Positions 10,986 through 20,234 of a stretch of 64,000 nt of DNA are shown here, piece after piece (position 1 is the stretch's first letter; the number at the start of each line of letters is the position of its first letter). The position numbers and the translations under genes are program-made. The stretch comes from Bacteroidales bacterium (lineage in GTDB: Bacteria; Bacteroidota; Bacteroidia; Bacteroidales; P3): positions 1,513-65,512 of the forward strand of contig JAZRVD010000137.1 in NCBI GenBank assembly GCA_045598945.1, read 5' to 3'. The notes beneath the pieces were generated by a model. The model worked only from the letters and a program-made list of their open reading frames with translations, did no database searches and had not been told where the DNA came from.

Positions 10986-11003
10986 CACGCAAATTTATAC
11001 AGT

Positions 11004-12488
11004 ATGGAGAAAACAATATTGATATGTTTTGCCGCATATACGGTACTGCTTTTTGTGGTGATGTGGCTGACGCAGCGCGGCACCAGGCATGCTACGCTGC
11101 AAGACAACGACGCCTTCTTTCGTGGCGAGCGCAAATCGCCATGGCCTATAGTGGCTTACGGCATGATAGGCGCATCGCTTTCGGGCGTTACCTTCATGTC
11201 GGTACCTGGCGGCGTATATAGCGGACAGTTCACCTATCTGCCATTAGTCTTAGGATACGTTATAGGCTATGTTGTGATAGCCTTCGTCCTGCTGCCGCTC
11301 TACTACAAGCTCAAGCTCACGTCCATATACACCTATCTCGACCAGCGTTTTGGGTCGCGAAGCGAGAAGACAGGCACAATATTCTTTATCATATCGCGAC
11401 TGTTAGGCTCGGCATTAAGGATGTATCTCGTAGTATTTATACTGTACGAGTTTGTGTTCCAGTCGTGGGGCATAGACTTCTGGGTGCCAGCGGTGGTATT
11501 TATAGCCATCATACTGATATACACCTTTCAGGGCGGTCTCAAGACAGTGGTATGGACCGACACCTTGCAGACCACCTTTCTACTTCTGGCGGCCATCATC
11601 ACCGTTGTGGCCATCACCAAAGAGCTAAACCTGCCTTTTGGCAGACTCATTGCCGAAGCCAGCGATGCCGGGCTGACCAACATGTTCGACACCGACGTTA
11701 CGCACCCTAAATACTATTGGAAGCAAATTATCAGCGGTGCCTTTATCACCATCACCATGACGGGCCTCGACCAAGACATGATGCAAAAAAACCTCACCTG
11801 CAAAACGTTGCGCGACGCGCAGAAGAACGTGCTCTCGGCAAGTTTCCTGTACATCATAGTCAACGTGCTGTTTCTATGCCTTGGCGCCGCATTGGTACTA
11901 TATGCACAAAAGACAGGCTTTGAGCTGCCAGTAAACGAGGCCAGCGCCGTGGTAGGCGACAAGATATTCCCATCCATCGCCTTTGCCCTAAGCCCTCTGA
12001 CGGCTGTAATCTTTGTATTAGGAATGGTGGCGGCAGGCTATTCGAGCGCCGACGGCACACTTACAGCCCTCACCACCACTACATGCTACAACTTCTTAAG
12101 CTTTGAGAAAAAAGCCGACGATATAAGACGCCAGACACGCATACGCCGCTGGGTGCATGTAGGCTACGCCTTGCTATACCTGCTTGTGATAATAGTGTTC
12201 CGTCCCTTCCACACGCAATCGCTGATAGACACGCTTTTCGACGTGGCAAGCTTCACCTACGGTCCATTGCTTGGACTGTTTGCCTTTGGACTATTCACAC
12301 ACCGGACAGTCAACGACAAGCTGGTGCCATTGATAGCCATCCTATGCCCGATAATATGCTACATTCTCAAGCTGTATGGTCCCACATGGTTTGGCGGATA
12401 CCATTTTGGCTTTGAGCTGCTGCTCATCAACGGCATGCTGTCATACATAGGGCTACTTGCCATCAGCAGCAAAAACACGCAGGATTAG
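11004..12488 (+). CDS. Sodium:solute symporter (SSS) family transporter
   Basis: Polytopic membrane protein, about 13 hydrophobic segments, with SSS-like layout. I chose the start at MEKTILICFAAY (ATG 11004), not the upstream ORF-track start, which lies inside the promoter region. Confidence 0.65.
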   Translation: MEKTILICFAAYTVLLFVVMWLTQRGTRHATLQDNDAFFRGERKSPWPIVAYGMIGASLSGVTFMSVPGGVYSGQFTYLPLVLGYVIGYVVIAFVLLPLYYKLKLTSIYTYLDQRFGSRSEKTGTIFFIISRLLGSALRMYLVVFILYEFVFQSWGIDFWVPAVVFIAIILIYTFQGGLKTVVWTDTLQTTFLLLAAIITVVAITKELNLPFGRLIAEASDAGLTNMFDTDVTHPKYYWKQIISGAFITITMTGLDQDMMQKNLTCKTLRDAQKNVLSASFLYIIVNVLFLCLGAALVLYAQKTGFELPVNEASAVVGDKIFPSIAFALSPLTAVIFVLGMVAAGYSSADGTLTALTTTTCYNFLSFEKKADDIRRQTRIRRWVHVGYALLYLLVIIVFRPFHTQSLIDTLFDVASFTYGPLLGLFAFGLFTHRTVNDKLVPLIAILCPIICYILKLYGPTWFGGYHFGFELLLINGMLSYIGLLAISSKNTQD

Positions 12489-13948
12489 TCGTCGTCGGGC
12501 ATAACGTCCTCGAAAAACTTATCGTCAAACCCCAACAGGTATACGCGTGCGGTAGCACGCGTAAGGGCGGTATACAGCCATCGCAGGTACTCGCGCGTGA
12601 GCATGTCGTCGACAAAATAGCCTTGGTCGACAAATATAGTGTTCCATTGTCCGCCCTGAGTCTTATGGCATGTCAAGGCGTAGGAGTATTTCACCTGCAA
12701 AGCGTTGTAATACGGATTTTTATGCAGTTCACGCAAGCGGTCGCGCTTGAGCGGTATGTCGGCATAGTCCTCCATCACCGCATCGTACAGCTTCTTAGAC
12801 TCTTCGGGTGTCAGCGACGCCGAGAGACTGTGCAGAGTGTCGAGCATCAGCAGGCAATCCAGCTGCGGCTCGTCGGGATAGTCGACAAAACGCACCGTAG
12901 CGTCGACAAAGCGAAAGCCATACAACTCAATGAAGCGGCGAATGCGCTGTATCTCTATAATATCGCCATTGGCGATAAAGCCCATCTTGGAGTCCTCCTC
13001 GTGGTAGTAATAGTTGTTTTTCACCACCATCAGATAGTCGCCAGAGCTTATCTCCTCCTCCCTATACAGCAGTCGGTTGCGTATAGCCTGATTGTAGAGG
13101 TTGGCACGCTTGTTGCTGCGACACACCACAGCCACATTCTCAATACCGTTGCGGCTATACTCAGCATTGAGAGCCTCCTCCATATCGGCACCGTTTAGGC
13201 GTACAATGTCGGCATAGCCTGCCGTCTCGAACAACGGCATCTGCACCTCGTCGTAGGCCTCCATCATCTCTATCTGGTTACGCAGCTGAGTAGCATTGTA
13301 TAGCACACCCGACGCGCGTTGCTGGCGCACCACGTCGGTAAGCTCACAGTCAAAAAGTTTTACATCAGCTACAGATGCGAGGAAGTCGTTGTCAAGAGCA
13401 GGGCTTTCGTCGCAGCCCACTGGCGGCAGCTGCGCTGTGTCGCCAATAAGCATCAGGCGGCAGTGGCTGCCACTACGCACATAAAACAAAAGGTCTTCGA
13501 GCAGGCTGCGTGAGGTCTCGCCCAGACCTGCATCAATCATAGAGGCCTCGTCGACGATAAATAGCGTATACTTATGTTTGTTGTTAGCCAGCACGGTATG
13601 CATCACGCCGTTGGCATCGACGACGGTGGAATATATCTTTTTATGGATAGTATATGCCACCTGTCCCGAATAGTTGGACAACACCTTGGCGGCACGACCA
13701 GTAGGAGCCAACAGCACGGTGTGTATAGACAGCTCCGGCGCCGTCTGTATCAAGGCGCTCACCAACGAAGTCTTGCCAGTGCCAGCATAGCCGCGCAAGA
13801 CAGCCGTAGACGAAGGGTCGTCGTCGTAGAGGAATTGCACAATGGTGTGGCACGCCTTGCGCTGACACGGCGTAGGAATGTGCGGAAAAAAGCTGAAGAT
13901 AGAATCTTCAACCTGTTGTAGTATTTCGTCAGAATAATCTGATGACAT
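12485..13948 (-). CDS. SF1 RecD/Pif1/Dda-like ATP-dependent DNA helicase
   Basis: Walker A GYAGTGKTS, Walker B FIVDEASM, LIGDTAQLPPVG, and C-terminal ALTCHKTQGGQW / YTALTRA motifs. Confidence 0.8.
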   Translation of the reverse strand: MSSDYSDEILQQVEDSIFSFFPHIPTPCQRKACHTIVQFLYDDDPSSTAVLRGYAGTGKTSLVSALIQTAPELSIHTVLLAPTGRAAKVLSNYSGQVAYTIHKKIYSTVVDANGVMHTVLANNKHKYTLFIVDEASMIDAGLGETSRSLLEDLLFYVRSGSHCRLMLIGDTAQLPPVGCDESPALDNDFLASVADVKLFDCELTDVVRQQRASGVLYNATQLRNQIEMMEAYDEVQMPLFETAGYADIVRLNGADMEEALNAEYSRNGIENVAVVCRSNKRANLYNQAIRNRLLYREEEISSGDYLMVVKNNYYYHEEDSKMGFIANGDIIEIQRIRRFIELYGFRFVDATVRFVDYPDEPQLDCLLMLDTLHSLSASLTPEESKKLYDAVMEDYADIPLKRDRLRELHKNPYYNALQVKYSYALTCHKTQGGQWNTIFVDQGYFVDDMLTREYLRWLYTALTRATARVYLLGFDDKFFEDVMPDDD

Positions 13949-14031
13949 AGGGAAAGATTGAAAAAGGAGGCCTGTAAAAGAATCAGGTCTCCTTTCATTT
14001 TATATCGCTTGCACCATAAGTGCAAAATACA

Positions 14032-14379
14032 TTATTCAGCAGTTTCTGTCTGAGCCTCTACAGGTACTTCGGCAGCAGGGACGGCAGTCTGATTGGACTG
14101 TACTGGAGTGATATTGTTGATGTTCACTTCACTCTGCACGGTCTCTTCCTCAACAGAGCGAGGTATAGACATGGTAGCCACTAAGCTAAGAACGATAAGG
14201 ATAGCGGCAAGCCACCAAGTAGACTTCTCAAGAAAGTCAGCAGTCTTGCGAACACCCATATACTGATTTTGCGCTGTAAAGTTGGCTGCTAATCCACCAC
14301 CTTTGGAGTTTTGAACAAGAACAATGATGGCAAGCAACACACACACCACCAAGATAAGAATTGTAACAAATAAGTACAT
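14032..14379 (-). CDS. secG: Preprotein translocase subunit SecG
   Basis: N-terminal TM helix followed by LVQNSKGGGLAANF, then a second TM helix. Typical SecG. Confidence 0.8.
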   Translation of the reverse strand: MYLFVTILILVVCVLLAIIVLVQNSKGGGLAANFTAQNQYMGVRKTADFLEKSTWWLAAILIVLSLVATMSIPRSVEEETVQSEVNINNITPVQSNQTAVPAAEVPVEAQTETAE

Positions 14380-14452
14380 ATTATTAATTTATAAATATTA
14401 AACAGAGTTTTTTTCTTTGAACGACCATACCTATCAATTGATGCACAGCGAC

Positions 14453-15037
14453 TTACAATCGTGTTTTCAGTTCATCAATTCGAGACGCAAAAGTACTACT
14501 TTTTTCGGGATATTTCAAAATTAATTTTTCATACACCTCTATAGCCTTTGCAATCTTACCCTGTTTTTCAAACACAATAGCAAGAGTTTCAGTGGGAAGG
14601 GAGATATCTGTGCTAACGCTCTTTTTAGCCAGCACCTCTACGCTCTCTTCATCGACCACATCGTCGTCTTCAGGCTCCAGCATGCCAGCTTCAAGGAAAT
14701 TGGAGAGGATGACGCTCTTGGGAGCTGTCTTGAAAGAAGGCTCTTGATAGTCGTTGATTTCTTTCATCACATCGAACGCTTCCATCTTTTCCTCATAACA
14801 CTTTGCCTGAGTCCTGATCTTCTGCAACAGATTCTTGTTGTTGAGAATCAACGACGCCACGCCTTCCTGCTGCTTGTCGCAATTATCCTTATCCCATACC
14901 ATAGCACCAGAGAGCCACAACATTTGCAACGGAGCACAATAAGGATATTGCGCAACAGCCTTCTTCACCTCATTCCACTCCATCTGTGTACTCTCGTAAG
15001 GTCTCATCAATAGATTTAGAAATTGTTTTGTATTCAT
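14453..15037 (-). CDS. Hypothetical protein with a C-terminal TPR-like helix pair
   Basis: ORF with a C-terminal AIVFEKQGKIAKAIEVYEKLILKYPEKS segment. First ATG is at 15037; the track start at 15043 is a GTG. Confidence 0.6.
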   Translation of the reverse strand: MNTKQFLNLLMRPYESTQMEWNEVKKAVAQYPYCAPLQMLWLSGAMVWDKDNCDKQQEGVASLILNNKNLLQKIRTQAKCYEEKMEAFDVMKEINDYQEPSFKTAPKSVILSNFLEAGMLEPEDDDVVDEESVEVLAKKSVSTDISLPTETLAIVFEKQGKIAKAIEVYEKLILKYPEKSSTFASRIDELKTRL

Positions 15038-15080
15038 TGACACAAAAAATGATATTTATCGACATGAAAATTTCATTTTG

Positions 15081-15088
15081 CAAAGGTA
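15081..15088 (-). promoter_or_regulatory. -7 promoter box (TACCTTTG on the coding strand)
   Basis: Matches TAnnTTTG about 43 nt upstream of the ATG at 15037. Confidence 0.5.
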
Positions 15089-15213
15089 CATTTTTTTTTC
15101 AACAATCTATATGTTAATTTATTTATACCACTTATTTTATTGAATTACAGGGTAAACAAGCACATTTCATCAAAAATAAAAAGTTTTTTTTATTGTGTTT
15201 TGCATTTTTTTTG

Positions 15214-15221
15214 TACTTTTG
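15214..15221 (+). promoter_or_regulatory. -7 promoter box TACTTTTG for rpmH
   Basis: Matches TAnnTTTG 22 nt upstream of the ATG at 15244. Confidence 0.6.
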
Positions 15222-15243
15222 CAATTCCAAAATTTGAGTAAAA

Positions 15244-15390
15244 ATGAAGAGAACATTCCAACCATCACGCAGAAAAAGAGTTAATAAGCACGGTTTCCGC
15301 GAAAGAATGAGCACCGCCAACGGCCGCAAAGTTCTTGCCGCTCGTCGCAAAAAAGGCAGAAAAAAACTCACCGTCTCTGACGAACGTTAA
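15244..15390 (+). CDS. rpmH: 50S ribosomal protein L34
   Basis: Hand translation gives [48 protein letters not shown] (48 aa). It is absent from the ORF track because it is shorter than 60 aa. Confidence 0.95.
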   Translation: MKRTFQPSRRKRVNKHGFRERMSTANGRKVLAARRKKGRKKLTVSDER

Positions 15391-15433
15391 TGCCGCTCTT
15401 TTCACAAGCATCATCGACATGTATCGATGCAAA

Positions 15434-15472
15434 AAGAAGTGTTGTGGAGTCACAGTACTTCTTTTTTCTTTT
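15434..15472 (+). terminator. Rho-independent terminator after rpmH
   Basis: Hairpin AAGAAGT...ACTTCTT with an inner TGTG/CACA extension, followed by TTTTCTTTT. Confidence 0.5.
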
Positions 15473-15524
15473 ACACCCTTTATTTTAGTACCCATAGCAT
15501 AGCAGCTATACAATTATCAGCCCC

Positions 15525-16943
15525 ATGCGAAACAAGAAACCGCTTCCCATTCTCGAAGAGATAGAGATAATAGACGCTGGCGCCGAAGGCAAAGCGATAG
15601 CCAAAGTAGACGGCATGGTAGTCTTTGTGCCTTTCGCCGTACCCGGCGACATAGTAGACATTCAACTTATAAAAAAGAAGAAGAGCTATGCCGATGGCAA
15701 AGTTGTAGCGCTACGACGTCCGTCGCCGCTACGCGTCGAAGCACAGTGTCCGCACTTTGGTATATGCGGCGGTTGCAAATGGCAGACCATGAAATATGAG
15801 GAGCAGCTGAGATACAAAGAGAAACAGGTGCGCGACAACCTCGAACGGTTAGGGCAGGTAGACACCTCGCTGATGGCGCCTATCTGCGGGTCGCAAGAGA
15901 TATTCTATTACCGCAACAAGCTGGAACACACCTCCTCGTCGCGAGAATGGAAGACAGACCCACGGTCTGCCGAGGAGTCGGTGCCAGAATGGGGCGCGCT
16001 GGGCTTTCACATCCCTACCCTCTTCGACAAGGTGCTAAACATAGAACACTGCGCCCTTCAGCAAGAGCCGTCCAACGCCATCCGCCTCGCACTGCGCGAC
16101 TACGCCCAGCAGCACAGCCTCGCATGCTACGACATACGCAACCACACCGGTTTTCTGCGCAACGTGATGATACGCTGCAGCAGCACGGGACAGTGGATGG
16201 TAGTAGTGGTCGTAGCCGAAAAGAACGAAGAGCTGTTTCCAATGCTCGACTACCTGCGCCAGCAGTTTCCACAGATCACCTCGCTGCAATACATCGTCAA
16301 CAGCAAGTTCAACGACTCTTATTCCGACCTTGAGGTTACGCCATACTACGGCATCGACCACATAGAGGAGCAGATGAAAGGCTACAACGGCCGTCCCGAC
16401 CTGCATTTCAAAATCAATCCCAAGTCGTTCTACCAGACCAACTCGGCACAGGCGCAACGCTTATACAGCTTCGTTGCCGACTTTGCCGAACTAACAGGCA
16501 ACGAAACCGTCTACGACCTCTACACCGGCACAGGCACCATAGCCCTTTTCCTCGCTTCGATGTGCCAGAAAGTGGTAGGTATAGAATATGTAGAAGAGGC
16601 CATTGCCGACGCCAAAGAGAATGCCATACACAACGGCTTCGACAACACCGTGTTCTACGCTGGCGACATGGCAAAGGTGCTCACGCCCGAATTTGTAGCA
16701 CAAAACGGCAGACCAGAGGTGGTAATCACCGACCCGCCGCGCGCAGGCATGCACCAAAAGGTTATCGACCAGCTGCTACTGATGGAGCCACGCAAGATAG
16801 TCTACGTCAGCTGCAACCCAGCCACCCAGGCACGCGACCTACAGCTGCTGGCGGAGAAGTACAAGGTGTGCCGTATACAGCCGGTAGACATGTTCCCCCA
16901 CACCCAGCATGTAGAAAACGTGGCAGAGCTGGTACTAAGATAG
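15525..16943 (+). CDS. rlmD: 23S rRNA (uracil-5-)-methyltransferase RlmD/RumA family
   Basis: N-terminal TRAM-like domain, Fe-S cysteine cluster CPHFGICGGCKWQ, SAM-binding DLYTGTGTIALF, and catalytic DPPRAG...YVSCNP. Confidence 0.85.
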   Translation: MRNKKPLPILEEIEIIDAGAEGKAIAKVDGMVVFVPFAVPGDIVDIQLIKKKKSYADGKVVALRRPSPLRVEAQCPHFGICGGCKWQTMKYEEQLRYKEKQVRDNLERLGQVDTSLMAPICGSQEIFYYRNKLEHTSSSREWKTDPRSAEESVPEWGALGFHIPTLFDKVLNIEHCALQQEPSNAIRLALRDYAQQHSLACYDIRNHTGFLRNVMIRCSSTGQWMVVVVVAEKNEELFPMLDYLRQQFPQITSLQYIVNSKFNDSYSDLEVTPYYGIDHIEEQMKGYNGRPDLHFKINPKSFYQTNSAQAQRLYSFVADFAELTGNETVYDLYTGTGTIALFLASMCQKVVGIEYVEEAIADAKENAIHNGFDNTVFYAGDMAKVLTPEFVAQNGRPEVVITDPPRAGMHQKVIDQLLLMEPRKIVYVSCNPATQARDLQLLAEKYKVCRIQPVDMFPHTQHVENVAELVLR

Positions 16944-16965
16944 CAACACGGCAAATACATATATA

Positions 16966-17005
16966 CAGCAATCCCACCCAAGACAGGTGGGATTGCTGTT
17001 TCGTT
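16966..17005. terminator. Bidirectional terminator between convergent rlmD and the 120-aa ORF
   Basis: 13-bp perfect stem CAGCAATCCCACC / GGTGGGATTGCTG with an 8-nt loop and T-rich flanks on both strands. Confidence 0.7.
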
Positions 17006-17006
17006 A

Positions 17007-17369
17007 TTAGATGTCTCTATGCGAGAGGGCGAGGCCTAACTGACCGAGCAGCGAAGCCCACAACTCCTTTTTAGCTGGGTCGATAGTCAAATCATACTTT
17101 GGCAACCTACCTCTATACCTATAATATACCTTGCGCGAAGACATCTCCACCACCACGCCATCCTTTAACGGCTCGCCATTGAAGAGAACGTCACCCATCA
17201 ACACAGCCTTATCCGTATTCAAAAGGTGCAACTCCCTAAGATAAAAAAGTGTTATGCCAGCAGTACCTCTAAGGTTGACACAATGAAACAAATAGTCAGT
17301 CTTATACGGAGCTATCAATGAGTCGGCGGCACGCTTGTCAAACTCCACACCCTGCTGTATTATCTCCAT
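17007..17369 (-). CDS. Hypothetical protein (120 aa), no family recognised
   Basis: ORF only. It has its own terminator and sits at the edge of an AT-rich intergenic stretch. Confidence 0.5.
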   Translation of the reverse strand: MEIIQQGVEFDKRAADSLIAPYKTDYLFHCVNLRGTAGITLFYLRELHLLNTDKAVLMGDVLFNGEPLKDGVVVEMSSRKVYYRYRGRLPKYDLTIDPAKKELWASLLGQLGLALSHRDI

Positions 17370-17417
17370 ATTCTACTTTCGCCCACTTTGACTCGGCAGC
17401 CCCTCCATTTGATTTTT

Positions 17418-17549
17418 CTATGCTCTAATAGTAGCGTTATGTACTCTGGCGTATGTTGCACCGTCAATCTCATTTAGAGTCTCGTTTATGGCGTGCCTTA
17501 TCCTCACGCTAAATTCTTGCTCTGTCAATCTTATCACTTTGTTTCCCAT
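17418..17549 (-). CDS. Possible small ORF (43 aa) upstream of the 120-aa ORF
   Basis: Hand translation gives MGNKVIRLTEQEFSVRIRHAINETLNEIDGATYARVHNATIRA*. It ends 48 nt before the ATG at 17369. No family recognised. Confidence 0.3.
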   Translation of the reverse strand: MGNKVIRLTEQEFSVRIRHAINETLNEIDGATYARVHNATIRA

Positions 17550-17727
17550 AAAAATATATTTTATTGATTTTTATTATTAATATTACAAGACTTGATAGGA
17601 GAAAAACATTCTCGCATCATCCATTTTCCAAGGCAACGGCAAAGAAAAATACTACAGAATATCAACAAATAGGCAGAAGATATAATAATCTGTATTATTG
17701 GAATTTGCAAAAATAGATAAAATTGTG

Positions 17728-17735
17728 TACCTTTG
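17728..17735 (+). promoter_or_regulatory. -7 promoter box TACCTTTG for lpxK
   Basis: Matches TAnnTTTG 37 nt upstream of the ATG at 17773. Confidence 0.55.
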
Positions 17736-17772
17736 CAACGACTTGTTTTTTAGATAATATTATTAGAGTTTT

Positions 17773-18849
17773 ATGTCGTTGCGTAGTGTTATTTCATGGT
17801 GCCTTCTGCCACTAACAATGTGGTACGCCATAGGGGCATGGTTTAGAAATGTTTTGTTTTATGTCGGCATCTTACGCCAGTACAAACCCACCATACCAAC
17901 AATATGCGTGGGCAATCTATCCTGCGGAGGTACAGGCAAGACACCTCATGTCGACTACTTGATACATCTGTTGCAAGAGCAATACAGTGTGGCAGTGCTT
18001 AGCCGCGGCTACCGACGCTCGTCATCGGGCTACTGTATTGACGACGGCACCCACAGCGCTTCGCTGTTAGGCGACGAGCCAGCCATGCTGGCATACAAAA
18101 ATCCGTCGATAACAGTCGCTGTTGCCGAGAAGAGGTCGGAAGGACTGAAACAACTCAGCAAACAAGAAAAACCGCCACAAATAGTCATTCTCGACGACGC
18201 TTTTCAACATCGCTGGGTGAAGTCACATTTCAACATACTCCTCACCGACTACCACGACCTGTACGTCAACGACCATGTACTGCCCATGGGCAACCTGCGC
18301 GAGCCGCGCTGCGGCTATCGACGCGCCAACATAATAGTTATAACCAAATCGCCAGAACAACTCAACCCATTGGAATACCACGATATATTGGACTCGTTGC
18401 ACGCCAAGCCATATCAAAAAGTATTCTTCTCCTATCTCCGCTACGGGGACTTAGTGCCATTGTACGACGGAGAGACACAGCCCGCCACCTCGTTCACACA
18501 TATACTGGCATGCTCCGGCATCGCCAACCCACAACCTTTCCATGCCTATCTAAAGAAAAACGCCACCGTTGAGACTCTGGCATTCCCCGATCACTACACA
18601 TTCCGCGAGCGCGACATACAACAAATCATCGACACCTTCAACCACATAGAAGGCTCCTCCAAAGCCATCGTAATAACAGAGAAAGACGCCGCAAGGCTAC
18701 GCAACGAAGCCACAGCAGAGCAATTAGCCTCGCTGCCAATATACTATCTTCCCATAGAGGTAGCATTCCACCCATCGTTTGGATACAATTTCGACAAAGA
18801 AGTAACCATGTTTGTAAGAGAAAGTGTAAGAAAATACCAATTAGGCTAA
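17773..18849 (+). CDS. lpxK: Tetraacyldisaccharide 4'-kinase
   Basis: N-terminal membrane anchor, P-loop GNLSCGGTGKTP, and ILDDAFQH. Typical LpxK. Confidence 0.85.
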   Translation: MSLRSVISWCLLPLTMWYAIGAWFRNVLFYVGILRQYKPTIPTICVGNLSCGGTGKTPHVDYLIHLLQEQYSVAVLSRGYRRSSSGYCIDDGTHSASLLGDEPAMLAYKNPSITVAVAEKRSEGLKQLSKQEKPPQIVILDDAFQHRWVKSHFNILLTDYHDLYVNDHVLPMGNLREPRCGYRRANIIVITKSPEQLNPLEYHDILDSLHAKPYQKVFFSYLRYGDLVPLYDGETQPATSFTHILACSGIANPQPFHAYLKKNATVETLAFPDHYTFRERDIQQIIDTFNHIEGSSKAIVITEKDAARLRNEATAEQLASLPIYYLPIEVAFHPSFGYNFDKEVTMFVRESVRKYQLG

Positions 18850-18868
18850 CGACAAACATCATATAAAA

Positions 18869-18925
18869 ACGCACGAAGCCTCGTTAAACATACGAAGCTT
18901 CGTGCGTTCCTTTATATTTTTCTTC
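18869..18925 (+). terminator. Rho-independent terminator after lpxK
   Basis: 11-bp stem ACGCACGAAGC / GCTTCGTGCGT, followed by TCCTTTATATTTTTCTT. Confidence 0.6.
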
Positions 18926-19026
18926 AAACATATATAATGCACTTATTGTTGCATAAACGACCTGTTTTCACCATCAATATCACACCATTTACTGCTTTAT
19001 ATCAACATATTACATACAACACAAAG

Positions 19027-19071
19027 TTGTGTGATACAAAATTGTGTGACACAAGGTTGTATGATACAAAA
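19027..19071 (+). repeat. Three tandem 15-bp units (TTGTGTGAYACAARR), each internally palindromic
   Basis: Units are TTGTGTGATACAAAA, TTGTGTGACACAAGG and TTGTATGATACAAAA. They are followed by (AT)5 and the -7 box. Confidence 0.85.
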
Positions 19072-19079
19072 TATATATA

Positions 19080-19087
19080 TATCTTTG
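19080..19087 (+). promoter_or_regulatory. -7 promoter box TATCTTTG for the ATPase gene
   Basis: Matches TAnnTTTG 18 nt upstream of the ATG at 19106. Confidence 0.6.
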
Positions 19088-19105
19088 CAAATAAAAAAAG
19101 ATATT

Positions 19106-20230
19106 ATGGATAGTCCCTTTCAATACGGCAAAGCAGTAGCCGACAAGCATTTTGTAGGAAGAAAGAAAGAGGTAGAACGACTTACGGCAAATCTCACCAA
19201 TGGGATAAACACCATACTCATCTCTCCTCGCAGATGGGGCAAGACATCGCTTGTAAAGAGATGCAAGGCATACATGACGTCGAGCAGATGTCAAGTCGTC
19301 TTTATGGACATCTACGCCTGTCGCAACGAATACGAATTCTACAACATGTTTGCCAAAGAACTGGTGCGCCAAACCTCGTCGCATATTGACGAGCTGTACA
19401 ACACACTGAAGGAGCTACTTGGACGCATTGTTCCCAAAATAGCAATAAAAGGCGATCCGACATGCGAATACAGCCTGTCGCTCGACATCACACCCAAGAA
19501 CTATAGTGCAGAAGAGATTCTGTCGCTACCGCAGCAGATAGCACAGCGCAAAGGGATTAACCTTATAGTGTGTATCGACGAGTTTCAACAGATAGGCGAC
19601 TATGAAAACAGTCTGACACTACAGAAAAAAATGAGGAGCATCTGGCAGCATCAGGAAGATGTAACATACTGTCTGTTTGGCAGCAAGCGGCATCTGCTGC
19701 AATCAATGTTTCAGAATAGCAACTATCCCTTCTACCGCTTTGGCGACATAATGTCGATAGGCTCTATAGACCTCAAGGACTGGGTGCCATACATACAACA
19801 AGGCTTTGCTATAAATGACAAGGAGATTGACGCAGAGATGGTTGCACAAATATGCGAGAGTGTGAAGCGCTGCCCTGCCTACATACAGCAGCTGGCATGG
19901 CTGACCCTTGTAGGCACAACCGACACAGCCACCGACGAGGTATTAACAGCAGCCATAGAGAACCTCATAGACGAGAACTCGGCACTATATATAGCCCAGA
20001 CAGAGACGCTGACGAGCTACCAGATGAATTTTCTGCGAGCCATTTGCGACGGCAAGACCACAAAACTTGGCGACACCGCCACGCGAGAAGAATACCACTT
20101 GGGGTCGTACTCAAACATAAGTCGCATAAAGACAGCCCTCGAAGAGCGCGAGCTGATAACCATAGAAGGCAAGCAGGTGGAGATTAGCGACCCCGTGTTG
20201 GAGCTATGGCTAAAGCGCATGATGATGTAG
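19106..20230 (+). CDS. AAA+/Arch_ATPase-type ATP-binding protein (DUF234-like architecture)
   Basis: FVGRKKEVERL...ILISPRRWGKTSL (Walker A), LIVCIDEFQQI (Walker B), and a C-terminal winged-helix-like tail. Start chosen at MDSPFQYGK, downstream of the promoter box. Confidence 0.7.
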   Translation: MDSPFQYGKAVADKHFVGRKKEVERLTANLTNGINTILISPRRWGKTSLVKRCKAYMTSSRCQVVFMDIYACRNEYEFYNMFAKELVRQTSSHIDELYNTLKELLGRIVPKIAIKGDPTCEYSLSLDITPKNYSAEEILSLPQQIAQRKGINLIVCIDEFQQIGDYENSLTLQKKMRSIWQHQEDVTYCLFGSKRHLLQSMFQNSNYPFYRFGDIMSIGSIDLKDWVPYIQQGFAINDKEIDAEMVAQICESVKRCPAYIQQLAWLTLVGTTDTATDEVLTAAIENLIDENSALYIAQTETLTSYQMNFLRAICDGKTTKLGDTATREEYHLGSYSNISRIKTALEERELITIEGKQVEISDPVLELWLKRMMM

Positions 20231-20234
20231 CCTG

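Noticed and set aside
10914-11003. N-terminal extensions proposed by the ORF track. Besides this one: 19031-19105, 24004-24042, 33830-33883, 44852-44923, 56159-56224, 61574-61609, 15038-15043, and the GTG codons at 31849 and 30764.
   Set aside because: The extensions start at non-ATG codons or run through promoter boxes or upstream genes. The downstream ATGs give canonical N-termini: signal peptides, lipoboxes, or family-typical starts.
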